This document shows positions 9,742-19,882 of a stretch of DNA of 64,000 nt, one piece after another. The DNA lies in contig CAVZIW010000001.1 in the NCBI GenBank assembly GCA_963775465.1, positions 352,001 through 416,000 of the forward strand. The letters are read 5' to 3'. The DNA comes from Candidatus Bathyarchaeota archaeon (GTDB lineage Archaea; Thermoproteota; Bathyarchaeia; Bathyarchaeales; Bathycorpusculaceae). The number at the start of each line of letters is the position of its first letter. The stretch's first letter is position 1. Below the pieces are notes generated by a model. The model was not told the DNA's origin, did no database searches, and worked only from the letters and a program-made list of their open reading frames with translations. The translations under genes were made by a program, and so were the position numbers.

Positions 9742-11438
9742 ATTGGAAAAACGTCCTCTACCTGCTACGTGTTGAACGCAAATCAGGCAGGTTACTACGT
9801 GGAGTAAAAACCACAAGGTACCGTGAAAGAGGCATTATTGCGTATTGGCCATACTGGGTGTCCGCAATAATCGGTATAAGTGGTGGTTTGATAGCTAATT
9901 TAGTTGTTTCGGCAATATATTCTGATGCAACTGCATCTGCCCTTTTGCCACCTCTTTCGGAGGCTACACTTAGCTTCTTTGTTTCTTTGCCTACACTGAT
10001 TCTAGTATTAAGTGTGGTCCTCACTATGCTACAGCAGATTCAGTTAGCAGGTTTAAAAGCCACCAAGGTAGTTAATTACTGGCTCCCAATTACTTGGCAA
10101 GAACACACTTTAGCTTCTATTTTGGCTAATTTATTTGGCCTCCCATTCGCAACCGTCATCGCGTTTTCATTTGGCACAATCGTTTTCGCAGCGTTTAATG
10201 GTTTAATTTTTTCTGCACTGATAACTACACTTGCCCTATTCGGTGCAGCTTTTATGGCGAGTGCAACCACCGAAATCGTCCGTGTTTTGCAGGTACGTTT
10301 CACAGGCGCAGTTTACAAATCCAGCGGAAAAGCGGCTGTCTGGGTCAGATTTATTGGTACTCTCATCTTCTTTTTGGCGTTCTATATAATTTATTTCTCA
10401 ATAACTCAGGGTACTACACAGTTTATTCAAGGATTAGCAGCAGCGCAAAACGCAGTTTGGTTCGTTCCTTTCGTGTGGCTTGGCGTGACCTTATTCTACT
10501 TGCTAAACGGCATAGTTGTTGAAGGTGTAATATTCATTGCATTATCTGCATTATTTATAACTGCTTTGTACTACCTGGCCATTGCATTAAATAGACGCTT
10601 TGGGCTCTACGAACCTCCAGCAATCACTGTTCAAACGCATGGAACTGTTTACAAACCGAAAAGCGGCATCTTAGGGAAACTTGGCTTCTCAAGTGTCGAA
10701 GCAGCGCTCATCCGCAAAGATGTCCGATCATTTACAAGACGACGAGAATTAATCAGTGTATTTATCATACCCATAGTATTCATCATATTGCCAATTATGC
10801 AATCTTTGAATATAACGAGCAATCCAGATGCCCCATCACAAATTGGTGCATTCTTTATGGGCATGGTTTTTCTAATGCCTCCAGCTTTTATGTCAATGAT
10901 TTTAGGTAATATGCTCATCGGCGAGGAAGGACAAGCGGTATGGCGTATCTATGCATCACCTATTTCACCTAAGAACCTTGTAAAAAGCAAATTTTTCTTT
11001 CAGATTTTGTTTTCCGTTATCATTCTATTCATCACTGGAACAGCAGGCATTATAATTTATCAACCATCTATTAGGATCGTGATTGTTGCTTTTCTTGAAG
11101 GACTTTTTCTGATTCTGCCGTTGGGCTCAATTGGATTGACATTCGGTTTTAAAGGTGCTGATTTCAGCGCAAGTCGCCGCGCGAGAATGATTCGACAACA
11201 ATGGTCGTTAATTAGTTTAGTAGTTTGCTTTGTTGCCGGAGTAGGAATCTTGGCCCCATTGCTGCCATACATAATCAACAGTTTCCTACCAGGCTTTTTA
11301 ATCTCAATACCTACAAGTAATCTCAACCTCACAATATCAGTCGTTATTAGCGGTGTAATCGCAACTGTTATCAGCGCAATTTTCTACAGAATAAACATCA
11401 ACAGCGCCGCTGAACTCATAAGAAAAGCTGAGGTTTAA
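9738..11438 (+). CDS. Multi-pass ABC exporter permease
   Basis: 566 aa, many hydrophobic segments, two-repeat organisation, ATGA-coupled to the ATPase. Confidence 0.8.
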   Translation: MNWKNVLYLLRVERKSGRLLRGVKTTRYRERGIIAYWPYWVSAIIGISGGLIANLVVSAIYSDATASALLPPLSEATLSFFVSLPTLILVLSVVLTMLQQIQLAGLKATKVVNYWLPITWQEHTLASILANLFGLPFATVIAFSFGTIVFAAFNGLIFSALITTLALFGAAFMASATTEIVRVLQVRFTGAVYKSSGKAAVWVRFIGTLIFFLAFYIIYFSITQGTTQFIQGLAAAQNAVWFVPFVWLGVTLFYLLNGIVVEGVIFIALSALFITALYYLAIALNRRFGLYEPPAITVQTHGTVYKPKSGILGKLGFSSVEAALIRKDVRSFTRRRELISVFIIPIVFIILPIMQSLNITSNPDAPSQIGAFFMGMVFLMPPAFMSMILGNMLIGEEGQAVWRIYASPISPKNLVKSKFFFQILFSVIILFITGTAGIIIYQPSIRIVIVAFLEGLFLILPLGSIGLTFGFKGADFSASRRARMIRQQWSLISLVVCFVAGVGILAPLLPYIINSFLPGFLISIPTSNLNLTISVVISGVIATVISAIFYRININSAAELIRKAEV

Positions 11439-11682
11439 AAAGAAACTAACTTGCGATAGCCACTTTCAGATTCGAGTACTAAGCTGAAAACAAACAATAG
11501 GACTGTACTAATTGGTTTAGGAAAACGCTGTGGGCAACGAGAAATAAACAGCGAAAACAAGTTAATAATTTAAGAATGTACATTTTATATGATAAAATGT
11601 AAAATCCCTGAAAAAGAGCCATAAACTTGTATCACCAGACTATTTATTTCACAAATAAATCATTTTTACTAGAAGGAGTCTT

Positions 11683-12126
11683 ATGGAGAAATTAACCGTA
11701 AAAAGTTCAGCCTTTGAACATAACGCTTTAATTCCTAAAAAATACGCCTGCGATGGAGACGGAATCAATCCACCTTTAGCTGTAGAAGGCACCCCCAAAG
11801 AAGCACTGAGTCTAGTTTTGATTGTGGATGACCCCGACGCTTCCAGCGGGACTTTTAACCATTGGATAGTTTGGAACATTCCACCTCACATAGGCAAAAT
11901 AGGTGAAAATATGGTTCCTGGACTCGAGGGAATGAACAGCGACAGAAGAAAAGGATATACAAGTCCTTGTCCACCATCAGGGACTCATAGATATTTCTTC
12001 AAAATGTTTGCCCTTGACGTGGAGCTTTCGCTGGACGCCAATTCATCCAAAAGGGAGCTAGAATCGGCAATGCAAGGTCATGTAATTGCTAAGGGTGAAA
12101 TTATAGGTTTATACCGCAGGCAGTAG
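11683..12126 (+). CDS. YbhB/YbcL (PEBP) family protein
   Basis: DDPDA, FNHWIVWNIP, PCPPSGTHRYFF. Confidence 0.93.
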   Translation: MEKLTVKSSAFEHNALIPKKYACDGDGINPPLAVEGTPKEALSLVLIVDDPDASSGTFNHWIVWNIPPHIGKIGENMVPGLEGMNSDRRKGYTSPCPPSGTHRYFFKMFALDVELSLDANSSKRELESAMQGHVIAKGEIIGLYRRQ

Positions 12127-12200
12127 CATCCTGGTTAGCTGGAACGTTTCAAACGTTAAATAGTTTTGTTGGGCAATACTGTTTTGTTGGTTGATAACTG

Positions 12201-13319
12201 TTGAACCGAAAATTCGCCAGCTTAATCGCCATCCTATTAGCATTAATAGTTACTTTGTCACTTTTTTTGCTCAGCAACCCATCAAGCGAATCCTTGAATT
12301 TCTATGTGGGAGTTGAATATGCATATGGGAATCAAGTAAGCGAGGTGAAGGCTCTGGTGGATAAAGTGAAAAGTTACACCAATCTCTTTGTCTTTGGCTC
12401 AGTTGAATTAACGTTTAATGAAACCGCTTTAAATCAGGCATGCGATTACGTTTATGACGCCAATCTAAATTTTATCGTTTTATTCACTGGCCTAGATATG
12501 TACAACTATAGCATTACCCAATGGATGGTGGATGCGAAAACAAAGTATAGTGATAGATTCCTTGGAATCTACAGATATGATGAACCTGGTGGAAACCAGT
12601 TAGATAACGGAAAATTCAGGTTAATTAATGACACAACTAGCTATGCTCAAACTGCCAACTATTTCGTAGGAAATCTCTCGTTTTTCACAGACTATTACTT
12701 GCAGTTTGCTCCAAGAATGTTTACTTCAGATTATGGACTATACTGGTATGACTACCAATCAAACTATACCAGCATCTTTGCGGAGTTCGTAGGTAACCAA
12801 AGTAGACTACGTCACATTTCTCTTTGCAGAGGAGCAGCAGACGCGTTCGGCAAAGACTGGGGAGTCATTGTAACTTGGAAGTACGATCAACCACCTTACT
12901 TAGAATCGGGTGATGAATTGTACACGGACTTAACCCTAGCGTACAATGCCGGAGCAAAGTACGCTATTGTATTTAGCTATCCACAAATAGACACGTATGG
13001 CACGCTATCTAACGATCATTTTGAGGCTTTGGAAAAGTTTTGGACGACAATAAACAATGACCCCGCAAGTTTAGGCAAAAGCACGCCTCAAGTGGCATAT
13101 GTTGTACCCAGCGATTACGGCTTTGGTTTTCGAACACCGACTGACACTATCTGGGGACTGTTTCCAGCAGATGCTTTATCGGCTAAAGTTTATGATGACG
13201 TAAATTTTTTACTCGCTAAATATGGTGCAAACTTGGACATCCTACATGATGGAGCACAAGCCGCGGCAGTTTTAATGTGCTATGACGAAGTTTATTTTTG
13301 GAACCAAACAATATCCTGA
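12201..13319 (+). CDS. Secreted or membrane-anchored hypothetical protein, possibly glycoside-hydrolase-like TIM barrel
   Basis: N-terminal hydrophobic anchor; YDEPGG, SDYGLYWYDY motifs; many N-x-S/T sequons. Confidence 0.7.
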   Translation: MNRKFASLIAILLALIVTLSLFLLSNPSSESLNFYVGVEYAYGNQVSEVKALVDKVKSYTNLFVFGSVELTFNETALNQACDYVYDANLNFIVLFTGLDMYNYSITQWMVDAKTKYSDRFLGIYRYDEPGGNQLDNGKFRLINDTTSYAQTANYFVGNLSFFTDYYLQFAPRMFTSDYGLYWYDYQSNYTSIFAEFVGNQSRLRHISLCRGAADAFGKDWGVIVTWKYDQPPYLESGDELYTDLTLAYNAGAKYAIVFSYPQIDTYGTLSNDHFEALEKFWTTINNDPASLGKSTPQVAYVVPSDYGFGFRTPTDTIWGLFPADALSAKVYDDVNFLLAKYGANLDILHDGAQAAAVLMCYDEVYFWNQTIS

Positions 13320-13442
13320 ATTATTTATGTAAACAAGGCTTTTTAATACGTTCTAATCTGAGTTTTGATTTCATGTATATACCGGCATGTTAACAACAAA
13401 TAAAAGCCCACACGTTTGAATCATGTCAATGAGGATATTAAC

Positions 13443-14090
13443 ATGTCTGAACACTTCGCAAAAAAATGGGAAACAAGAAAAGAAGGAGAATCATTCATGA
13501 CCACACTTAAACAAACAGTGCAACCTGCGCCACCATTAAAACCCCGTTTAGATTTCGCAATCCGAAAACTTGACCTGCAAATTAGTAAACTTGACCAAGC
13601 AAACGAACGTTTCACCCAAAAAGACAAAGCGCTCTTTTCAAAACTCGTCGATTCTTATACTGTACATGACCAGGCGCACGCGAACATCTACGCTAATGAA
13701 ATAGCAGAACTGCGCAAAATGTCAAAACTAATCATGAACGCAAGATTAGCACTTGATCAAGTGGCGCTTCGCATAAGAACAGTCAGTGAATTAGGCGATG
13801 TTGTTGCAACATTAGGTCCATGCATCGGTGTACTGCGCAGCATTAGCAGCGGATTAAGCGGCGTTCTACCTGAAGCTGAAGGAGAGCTCGGTGACATAGG
13901 CAATATGCTAAGCGGCTTAATGTTTGAAGCAGGAGCATCTGGAGGAATGTCACTTAATTTCGATAATGTAAACGAGGACGCCTCAAAAATCCTGTGTGAA
14001 GCAGCCATTGTTGCAGAACAAAAAGTTAGTGCAAACTTCCCTGACCTTCCACAAGGAATGTCAACAAGCGCAAACAAGTCAAACATATGA
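13443..14090 (+). CDS. cdvB: ESCRT-III/Snf7 family protein (CdvB-like)
   Basis: Helical Snf7 core: ANIYANEIAELRKM...LALDQVALRIRTVSELGDVVATLGP...LPEAE; C-terminal EDASKILCEA...FPDLP. Confidence 0.85.
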   Translation: MSEHFAKKWETRKEGESFMTTLKQTVQPAPPLKPRLDFAIRKLDLQISKLDQANERFTQKDKALFSKLVDSYTVHDQAHANIYANEIAELRKMSKLIMNARLALDQVALRIRTVSELGDVVATLGPCIGVLRSISSGLSGVLPEAEGELGDIGNMLSGLMFEAGASGGMSLNFDNVNEDASKILCEAAIVAEQKVSANFPDLPQGMSTSANKSNI

Positions 14091-14170
14091 TCTAAACTCT
14101 TCTTCTTTCCTTATTTTTTTAGTTCTTTTCGCGGCAAACGTTATATCTTTGTTAAGAAAGTTCTGATTTG

Positions 14171-14314
14171 ATGATGATGCCGACTAACACATCCCGTCTT
14201 TGTCCTACGTGCTACGTTGAAATGGAACCTAAATGCGATAGTGAAGGGAGAATGATTTATCACCAGTGCCCTAAGTGTGGATGTCGAATTCTATTTACGT
14301 TTTCTGGGCATTAG
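14171..14314 (+). CDS. Small CPxCG zinc-finger protein (47 aa, not in ORF track)
   Basis: MMMPTNTSRLCPTCYVEMEPKCDSEGRMIYHQCPKCGCRILFTFSGH; two CxxC knuckles; TTATAT box upstream. Confidence 0.65.
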   Translation: MMMPTNTSRLCPTCYVEMEPKCDSEGRMIYHQCPKCGCRILFTFSGH

Positions 14315-14424
14315 CAACACAACAAAAGGGAATCTTTCTACAGCTTGTCTACTTAATCGGCGCTGTATTATCTTATTTATGCTTAGAAGGTTAGCTTTTT
14401 GGCTTATTAGAGTAAATCCCGTTT

Positions 14425-14889
14425 TCAGTAAGAAGATTTGCCCATTATTATGTAACCTGTCATGATTATTACTGCAAGAACAACTATCACTATGAGTAGG
14501 AATATCATTTGGGGGATTCCGAGAATGTAGTGTTCCACTTCATAGTTTAGAGCAACAAATGAGGGTTGTGATGAGCTAGTGTTGTTAAAAAGAAGTTCAC
14601 ACGTTCCCGAGGTATCCACAGTAAAACTGGTTGAATATTTGTCAACTTCTCCAAGATCCAAGATTGTTGAGTTTGGAAAGGTTAGCGAGAAGCAAAAATT
14701 GCTATTTGGATCGCCTGTAGTAATGAAGTTCAATTGAACTCTGTCTCCTGAAGAAACGTCTATCTTGTAAGGAAGTTCTTTCCCAGCTTCAACAATAAAA
14801 CTTCCCGTGGAGGCTCTAACAGAATTGAGTGTTCCGATGAAAATGCAGAGAAGAAGAAATAGACAACATAGTCTTCTCATAGGAAGCAT
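14425..14889 (-). CDS. Secreted beta-sandwich (GOLD/emp24-like) protein with C-terminal membrane anchor
   Basis: Signal peptide, beta-rich core, C-terminal TM helix. Confidence 0.65.
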   Translation of the reverse strand: MLPMRRLCCLFLLLCIFIGTLNSVRASTGSFIVEAGKELPYKIDVSSGDRVQLNFITTGDPNSNFCFSLTFPNSTILDLGEVDKYSTSFTVDTSGTCELLFNNTSSSQPSFVALNYEVEHYILGIPQMIFLLIVIVVLAVIIMTGYIIMGKSSY

Positions 14890-15219
14890 TCCCTGATTTG
14901 TTATTTATTAATGGGGTTGATAATCTTTTCGGAAATAGTGTGTTACAAGACTCCTGTTATACAAAACTACAGCTGCGAATGCTTTTTCTCAGACCCCAAT
15001 CTTAAAATTTGTTAAGGATCGTGGGAACTATTAGCTCAGAATTATACAATTGTCTTTCTCGACTGCAACATTACGTTTTCTTGAACAGAAAATTCACTTT
15101 TCTCTAATTGAAAAAAGAGCTTTTTCTTGAAAGGTCTGATTTTGTTCGAACCTTATCTGTAATTCATAAACGATTTATTTATGAAGTACTAAGACACAAG
15201 CAGTGTGAGGATATAGACT

Positions 15220-15693
15220 GTGTCTCATCAGATCCAAAGTATTCTAATTATTGATGACGAAGAAGAGATTAGAACTATGCTTTCAGCTATCCTAACAGAC
15301 AAAGGGTACTTAGTTGAAACAGCCAAAAGTGGAGGAGAAGCAGTAAAAACCTCAAAGAAAACATCATTTGATCTTGCTCTCATAGATATTAAACTGCCTG
15401 ATGCTGACGGGACAGAACTGTTAAAAAGACTAAGGGAGATTCAGCCTAAAATAGCCACAATAATTCTGACTGGACAACCCTCAATTGAAAACGCGATAAA
15501 ATCTGTTAACAACAAAGCCGATGCATATATCTTGAAACCAATCGATGCGCATACACTACTCGAAACTATTAAAAGAACTCTCGCAGAAAAAACCAACGCG
15601 TACTTCCAAATGTTTACAGAAGTTGAACGCGCAAAGACGAGCACCCCAATTTTCAAATACCAAACTCCAGATAAATGGTACCAGAACAAGTAG
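15220..15693 (+). CDS. Response regulator (receiver domain with short C-terminal tail)
   Basis: IIDDEE, phospho-acceptor DLALIDIKLPD, LTG, ILKP. Confidence 0.92.
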   Translation: MSHQIQSILIIDDEEEIRTMLSAILTDKGYLVETAKSGGEAVKTSKKTSFDLALIDIKLPDADGTELLKRLREIQPKIATIILTGQPSIENAIKSVNNKADAYILKPIDAHTLLETIKRTLAEKTNAYFQMFTEVERAKTSTPIFKYQTPDKWYQNK

Positions 15694-15876
15694 TTTCATC
15701 TATTTCGGTTCATACAAAAATTTAATTTTTCTTTGTCATGCCCACTTTGCATGCAGATTCTTATCAAGAAAGCAAGATTTCAACAAGAGTTGCTTGCAGC
15801 ATACAGATACTTCATTGAATGTTTGGCCAACTAGCAAAATATTCCACGGTTGCAGATGGAATATTAAACCTTTGAG

Positions 15877-16392
15877 CTATAGTTCGATTGTTCCTTCCAC
15901 AATTCTTTCTTGATTAACCGCTAGTTGATTGCTTAACCATGATCTAAGCATTATATTCATTTTTGGAGTTTCCCCTATGTAGACCAGGAGCTGGTTGTTT
16001 TTAACTGCGTTAATTTCGAATAAATTATCGGTGTCTCTGTAGGTGTAAGCGGAAAATTGCGGTTGACCAGCAAATATCTGGAATTCAACCCAATTCTTGA
16101 ATTGCAAAATTTCCATTTTTTGATTTATGCTTGTCTGCGTAAAGGTTGGAGACATAAAGTTAGGTTTATTTTCTGATTCATTTAGTTGAGCTTGGAGCGT
16201 TTTGACTTCTTTTTGAAGAGCGATTATTTCTAGAATAATTTTGTTTGTGTTTGCTTCAGATTTATTATCGATCGTATCGATTAAACGGGATAAAGTTTTC
16301 AGAGTTTTTTCAAGGTTCTCGTTATTTTGCGCGATTGCTGCCAATACTCTTCCAAAGGGCTGATCTTGTTTGAGGTTCGATTTCGGAGGCAT
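15877..16392 (-). CDS. Hypothetical protein with N-terminal coiled coil
   Basis: 171-aa ORF, heptad-like Leu pattern, coupled to upstream ORF. Confidence 0.7.
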   Translation of the reverse strand: MPPKSNLKQDQPFGRVLAAIAQNNENLEKTLKTLSRLIDTIDNKSEANTNKIILEIIALQKEVKTLQAQLNESENKPNFMSPTFTQTSINQKMEILQFKNWVEFQIFAGQPQFSAYTYRDTDNLFEINAVKNNQLLVYIGETPKMNIMLRSWLSNQLAVNQERIVEGTIEL

Positions 16393-16910
16393 TAGTAAAT
16401 CTGATCTCCATTAAGATTTTTGCTTGGATGGCTGCTGGATAATATGGTTTCTCTTACCACAACAAAGACTAAACCAACTAGAATCGCAGTTATTAGCACA
16501 TAGATATTCACAAATATCAGAAACAAATAGATTCCGATCAAGATTGTGAAGAGGATATAGGCAACGTTTCTTCGTGCAGCATACCACCATTGTGTTGCGA
16601 TTTTTCCTTCGCGTATCTTTGTTGGACCGTAGAGGTGGAGTTGCCGGGTTACTTCTTTAATTCGAAATCTGTTTATGTCATTTATTTTTTCAGATGTAGA
16701 ATAAAGCACTAATGCAGTAACAACCAAGAGAACGGAAATTATGGCGGCATTGAAGTTTTGAATTGTTGGGTTAAAGGCGGCAATTAAGGAACCGATGATT
16801 AAGATAGCTGTTATTACCCATGTCTTGTAGTCGCGGTCCATAATTTCTTCTCTTAAGACATGATATTCAGTGAGCAGGTTCTCTTTATCTTCTTTTAGGA
16901 TGAATCCCAT
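16392..16910 (-). CDS. Hypothetical membrane protein (about 4 TM)
   Basis: 172 aa with hydrophobic helices; GGAGA SD. Confidence 0.7.
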   Translation of the reverse strand: MGFILKEDKENLLTEYHVLREEIMDRDYKTWVITAILIIGSLIAAFNPTIQNFNAAIISVLLVVTALVLYSTSEKINDINRFRIKEVTRQLHLYGPTKIREGKIATQWWYAARRNVAYILFTILIGIYLFLIFVNIYVLITAILVGLVFVVVRETILSSSHPSKNLNGDQIY

Positions 16911-16985
16911 TATGGTTCAATTCTCCCGAATTTCTTGTTTAGCTTAAAGTTTAGAGACTGGATTTGTGTTTTTGCATTCATTTTC

Positions 16986-17813
16986 TTATTCGTCCAAGTT
17001 TTGAATTCTTGCTTTGTGTTTGGGTCTTCTACTTGCTATAACGAGCGCAGCGATGGATATGAATGCTGAATAGGCCCACCATGGAGGATTATTGTCTGAT
17101 GTATTTGGTTTGGGCGAGGGTGAGGGACTTAGGGTTGGCTGTTGTGTTGGGGTTGAGCTAGTTGTTGGGGTTGGAGAAGTCGTTGGCGTAGCTGTGGGTG
17201 AATTTGTTGGATTTTCGGTTGGCGTTGGTGAGGTGTTTGAAGGATTGGGTGTCGGGGTTGGAGTTGGTGAAGCGGTTTCCGTCGGTTTTGGGGAGGGTGT
17301 GGGGCTTGGTGTTGGTAAAGGCGATGATGTTGGAGGAGGTGTGGGCGTTGGGGTGGTAGTTAGGGTTGGGGTAGGCGATGGAGTTGGACTTGATGTCAGT
17401 GTTGGATACGGCGATGGAGATGGTGTCGTGGACTGAGTTGGTAATGGGGTAGGTAATATTGTTGGAGTAGGAGTTGGAGACGCTGTTGGAGTAGGAGTTG
17501 GAGACGCTGTTGGAGTAGGAGTTGGAGACGCTGTTGGAGTAGGAGTTGGAGACGCTGTTGGAGTAGGAGTTGGAGACGCTGTTGGAGTAGGAGTTGGGGT
17601 AGGGTGTGCTGTTGGGCATGGTGGAGGATGATGAGGTTTGGTGGTGGGACTTGGATGCTCTGTGGGGAGACAACTTTCCGTGATCGATGATGTTTTCCAT
17701 TTGGCTTGAACATTATTAGCCCAATTTAGGGCGTAGATGACTACGGATAGACATAGAATTATGCAAAGACCTATTTTTAGTACTCGACCTTGGCGAACTC
17801 TTAATTTTTGCAT
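16986..17813 (-). CDS. Pro/Thr/Ser-rich mucin-like surface protein
   Basis: N-terminal basic plus hydrophobic segment, long PT/S-rich region, C-terminal TM and basic tail; AAGGAG SD. Confidence 0.75.
   Translation of the reverse strand: MQKLRVRQGRVLKIGLCIILCLSVVIYALNWANNVQAKWKTSSITESCLPTEHPSPTTKPHHPPPCPTAHPTPTPTPTASPTPTPTASPTPTPTASPTPTPTASPTPTPTASPTPTPTILPTPLPTQSTTPSPSPYPTLTSSPTPSPTPTLTTTPTPTPPPTSSPLPTPSPTPSPKPTETASPTPTPTPNPSNTSPTPTENPTNSPTATPTTSPTPTTSSTPTQQPTLSPSPSPKPNTSDNNPPWWAYSAFISIAALVIASRRPKHKARIQNLDE
17461..17597. repeat. 24-bp coding tandem repeat, 5 perfect copies plus a partial
   Basis: GTTGGAGTAGGAGTTGGAGACGCT x5 from 17461 to 17580, encoding PTPTPTAS on the minus strand. Confidence 0.95.
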
Positions 17814-17953
17814 TCTCCTTTCATTAGTTTTATGTTGTTATTATTTTAAGCCTTCGCAGATTCACGTCTAGTACCTTTTTCACGAATGGAGATATAAGCG
17901 AGTTTCTTAGTTAGAGAATATTTCAATTTTCGAAATATACCTTGCCATTTGTA

Positions 17954-18256
17954 TCAACAAACCGACACGGCGCTTCCACCTACTGAAAAAGCGGTACTGT
18001 GAATGCATAGCGTATATATGTATCCCAGCAATGCACCAGCAATTAGCAGAAGACTGAAATCCAGCAATCCCAGACTCAAACTTCTGGTTCTAAGGATTAG
18101 TGAAACAACGAATAAGAAGAGCACTCCAGACGAAATAAGACCTATGAGGGTGCCGTTTCTGAATTTTGTCCATTCGCGGTTTAGCTCTAACATGAAATCA
18201 TGGAGAGACAGTCATAATAGTAACAGCAATAATTCTAAAAAAGAAAACACCTCCAT
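17954..18256 (-). pseudogene. Disrupted small membrane-protein gene
   Basis: Hydrophobic coding stretch (LELNREWTKFRNGTLIGLISSG...); in-frame stop after the upstream ATG and apparent 3' frameshift. Confidence 0.4.
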
Positions 18257-18457
18257 CGCCTCAAGCCTAAAATACAACAAAAGGAGGAAAAATCTTACTT
18301 TTTTGTCGATATTAAACCAATGATCTTAAAGGGCAAGGACAAAGAATTTAGTTTAAGCAATTCCAAATTTGGAGTTCGGCGTTCATTTTTTTGGTTTACT
18401 TATCCTGAGTTCATAATATTCATATCCTAAAAAAATCTAAGGTGTAACTGATGTAAA

Positions 18458-18604
18458 ATGCCTCACTGTCCCAGCTGTGGTAAACGTATCGAAAAACCAT
18501 CCCGAGAAAAGAAGGACCACAACTTTACAATTCAAGCTTTCGACTGTCAAGAATGCCATCACCACTTTCAAGTTACAATTAATAGCACTATTTACATTGT
18601 CTAA
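18458..18604 (+). CDS. Small Zn-ribbon protein with Cren7-like layout (48 aa, not in ORF track)
   Basis: MPHCPSCGKRIEKPSREKKDHNFTIQAFDCQECHHHFQVTINSTIYIV; AGGTG SD upstream. Confidence 0.65.
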   Translation: MPHCPSCGKRIEKPSREKKDHNFTIQAFDCQECHHHFQVTINSTIYIV

Positions 18605-18740
18605 AATAATATTCAAAAATTGCTCTTAATGGGAAGAATTTTTTCCACACTATTTTTGCGTAAATAATCTACATAGCTTTTGTCCCCATTTTCGGTTTGC
18701 TTGTAAAAGTTTCTTATATTTCTTAATCAACTATATTTCC

Positions 18741-18962
18741 ATGAAGAATTCTGAATGCACGATTTACATTATGTTTAAAGAAAGATGGTTGCAGAAGTTC
18801 AGAAAAGAACAAGATGGTTGGAAAGAATATAGTCGAAATGGAACCATCCGTGCATGCACTGCAGAACAATTCATTTCTCATATACTTCCGCCGTTGGCTG
18901 GAATAAAAGGACCAAATGTAACCGTCAAAGTTGACCCAGACAATGCTAACCTAAAAAAGTAA
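18741..18962 (+). CDS. Small hypothetical protein
   Basis: 73-aa ORF with a TTATAT box about 25 nt upstream of the ATG. Confidence 0.6.
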   Translation: MKNSECTIYIMFKERWLQKFRKEQDGWKEYSRNGTIRACTAEQFISHILPPLAGIKGPNVTVKVDPDNANLKK

Positions 18963-19077
18963 GTAAAAATTCAATCCAAAAAGGTGTATGATTCCAATTT
19001 TCAAAACCTATTATTCCCTAAAATCCAAAAAATTAATATTTAGTAAAGTAGCAAGCTCTTAGCTGATGGATGCATAG

Positions 19078-19494
19078 TTGTACGAGCTATTGGCTTTCAT
19101 AGTATTATCTGTCACGTTGGAATGCGGGATGGGTATCGTATACGGCGTCGCAATTGGGTATGATCCTTTACTAGTTTTTCCGACGGCCATTATCTTAAAT
19201 TTCTTTGCAATATTTGTCGCTGTTTTTGCTATGGATAGATTGATGGAATGGAGAAAAGGGATCAGGGTTTGGATTGAAAGAAGACTTGGGAGGGGGCAAA
19301 AACTCATTGACAAGTACGGTTGCGTTGGAATATTAATGGGCGTTTTGGTTCTTTCACCAATACAGCTAGCAATAGTTGGAAGATTAATCGGAATCAGGCC
19401 AAGCAAACTCTATCCCACGCTTTTTACTGCAATTGTCTTAGTAGCAACAGCTTTCCTGGGGATCGCTTTAGGTGTTTTCAAAGTGTTATTGTAA
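19078..19494 (+). CDS. Small multi-TM membrane protein (small multidrug export-like)
   Basis: 4 TM segments, LIDKYGCVGILMGV pattern; in-frame ATG at 19066 is separated from the ORF by TAG at 19075. Confidence 0.65.
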   Translation: MYELLAFIVLSVTLECGMGIVYGVAIGYDPLLVFPTAIILNFFAIFVAVFAMDRLMEWRKGIRVWIERRLGRGQKLIDKYGCVGILMGVLVLSPIQLAIVGRLIGIRPSKLYPTLFTAIVLVATAFLGIALGVFKVLL

Positions 19495-19882
19495 TCAGTA
19501 ACACCACAAAAATCAACCTTTACATATTCGATTCTTTTGGGGTAAATTAAGGCAAAATTTGGGGTTAATTCTGAAAAAAAGCTTAAAGACTGTTTTGAAT
19601 AATGAAGTTTTAGCAAAAGAGGTGACAGCAAGAAATAGAAAGCCAAAAAAGTTGAGGCTGCAAAAGCTCTCAAAACCACTACAATACAAACGGTTTTTAG
19701 CATTTTTTCCCTTCTCTCCTTTAAGTGGTTTTAGAGCTTCAACAGCTTCTACAATTAGGATCAGAATTGATTTTCTATAGTCGGAAATTTGTTAATGCTT
19801 CATTGATATTATTAGTCTAATTCTTCCCAAACAGATAGAATTAATAAATCTGGAATGCAACTACAGTTGGAGGCTTTGTTTT

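Noticed and set aside
17461-17597. CRISPR array
   Set aside because: Units are contiguous with no spacers and encode an in-frame PTPTPTAS repeat; no cas genes.
19075-19077. Genome-wide TAG recoding (pyrrolysine)
   Set aside because: TAG ends several genes at their natural C-termini (glgP, OsmC, YbhB, pilus ATPase), and no pyl genes are present.
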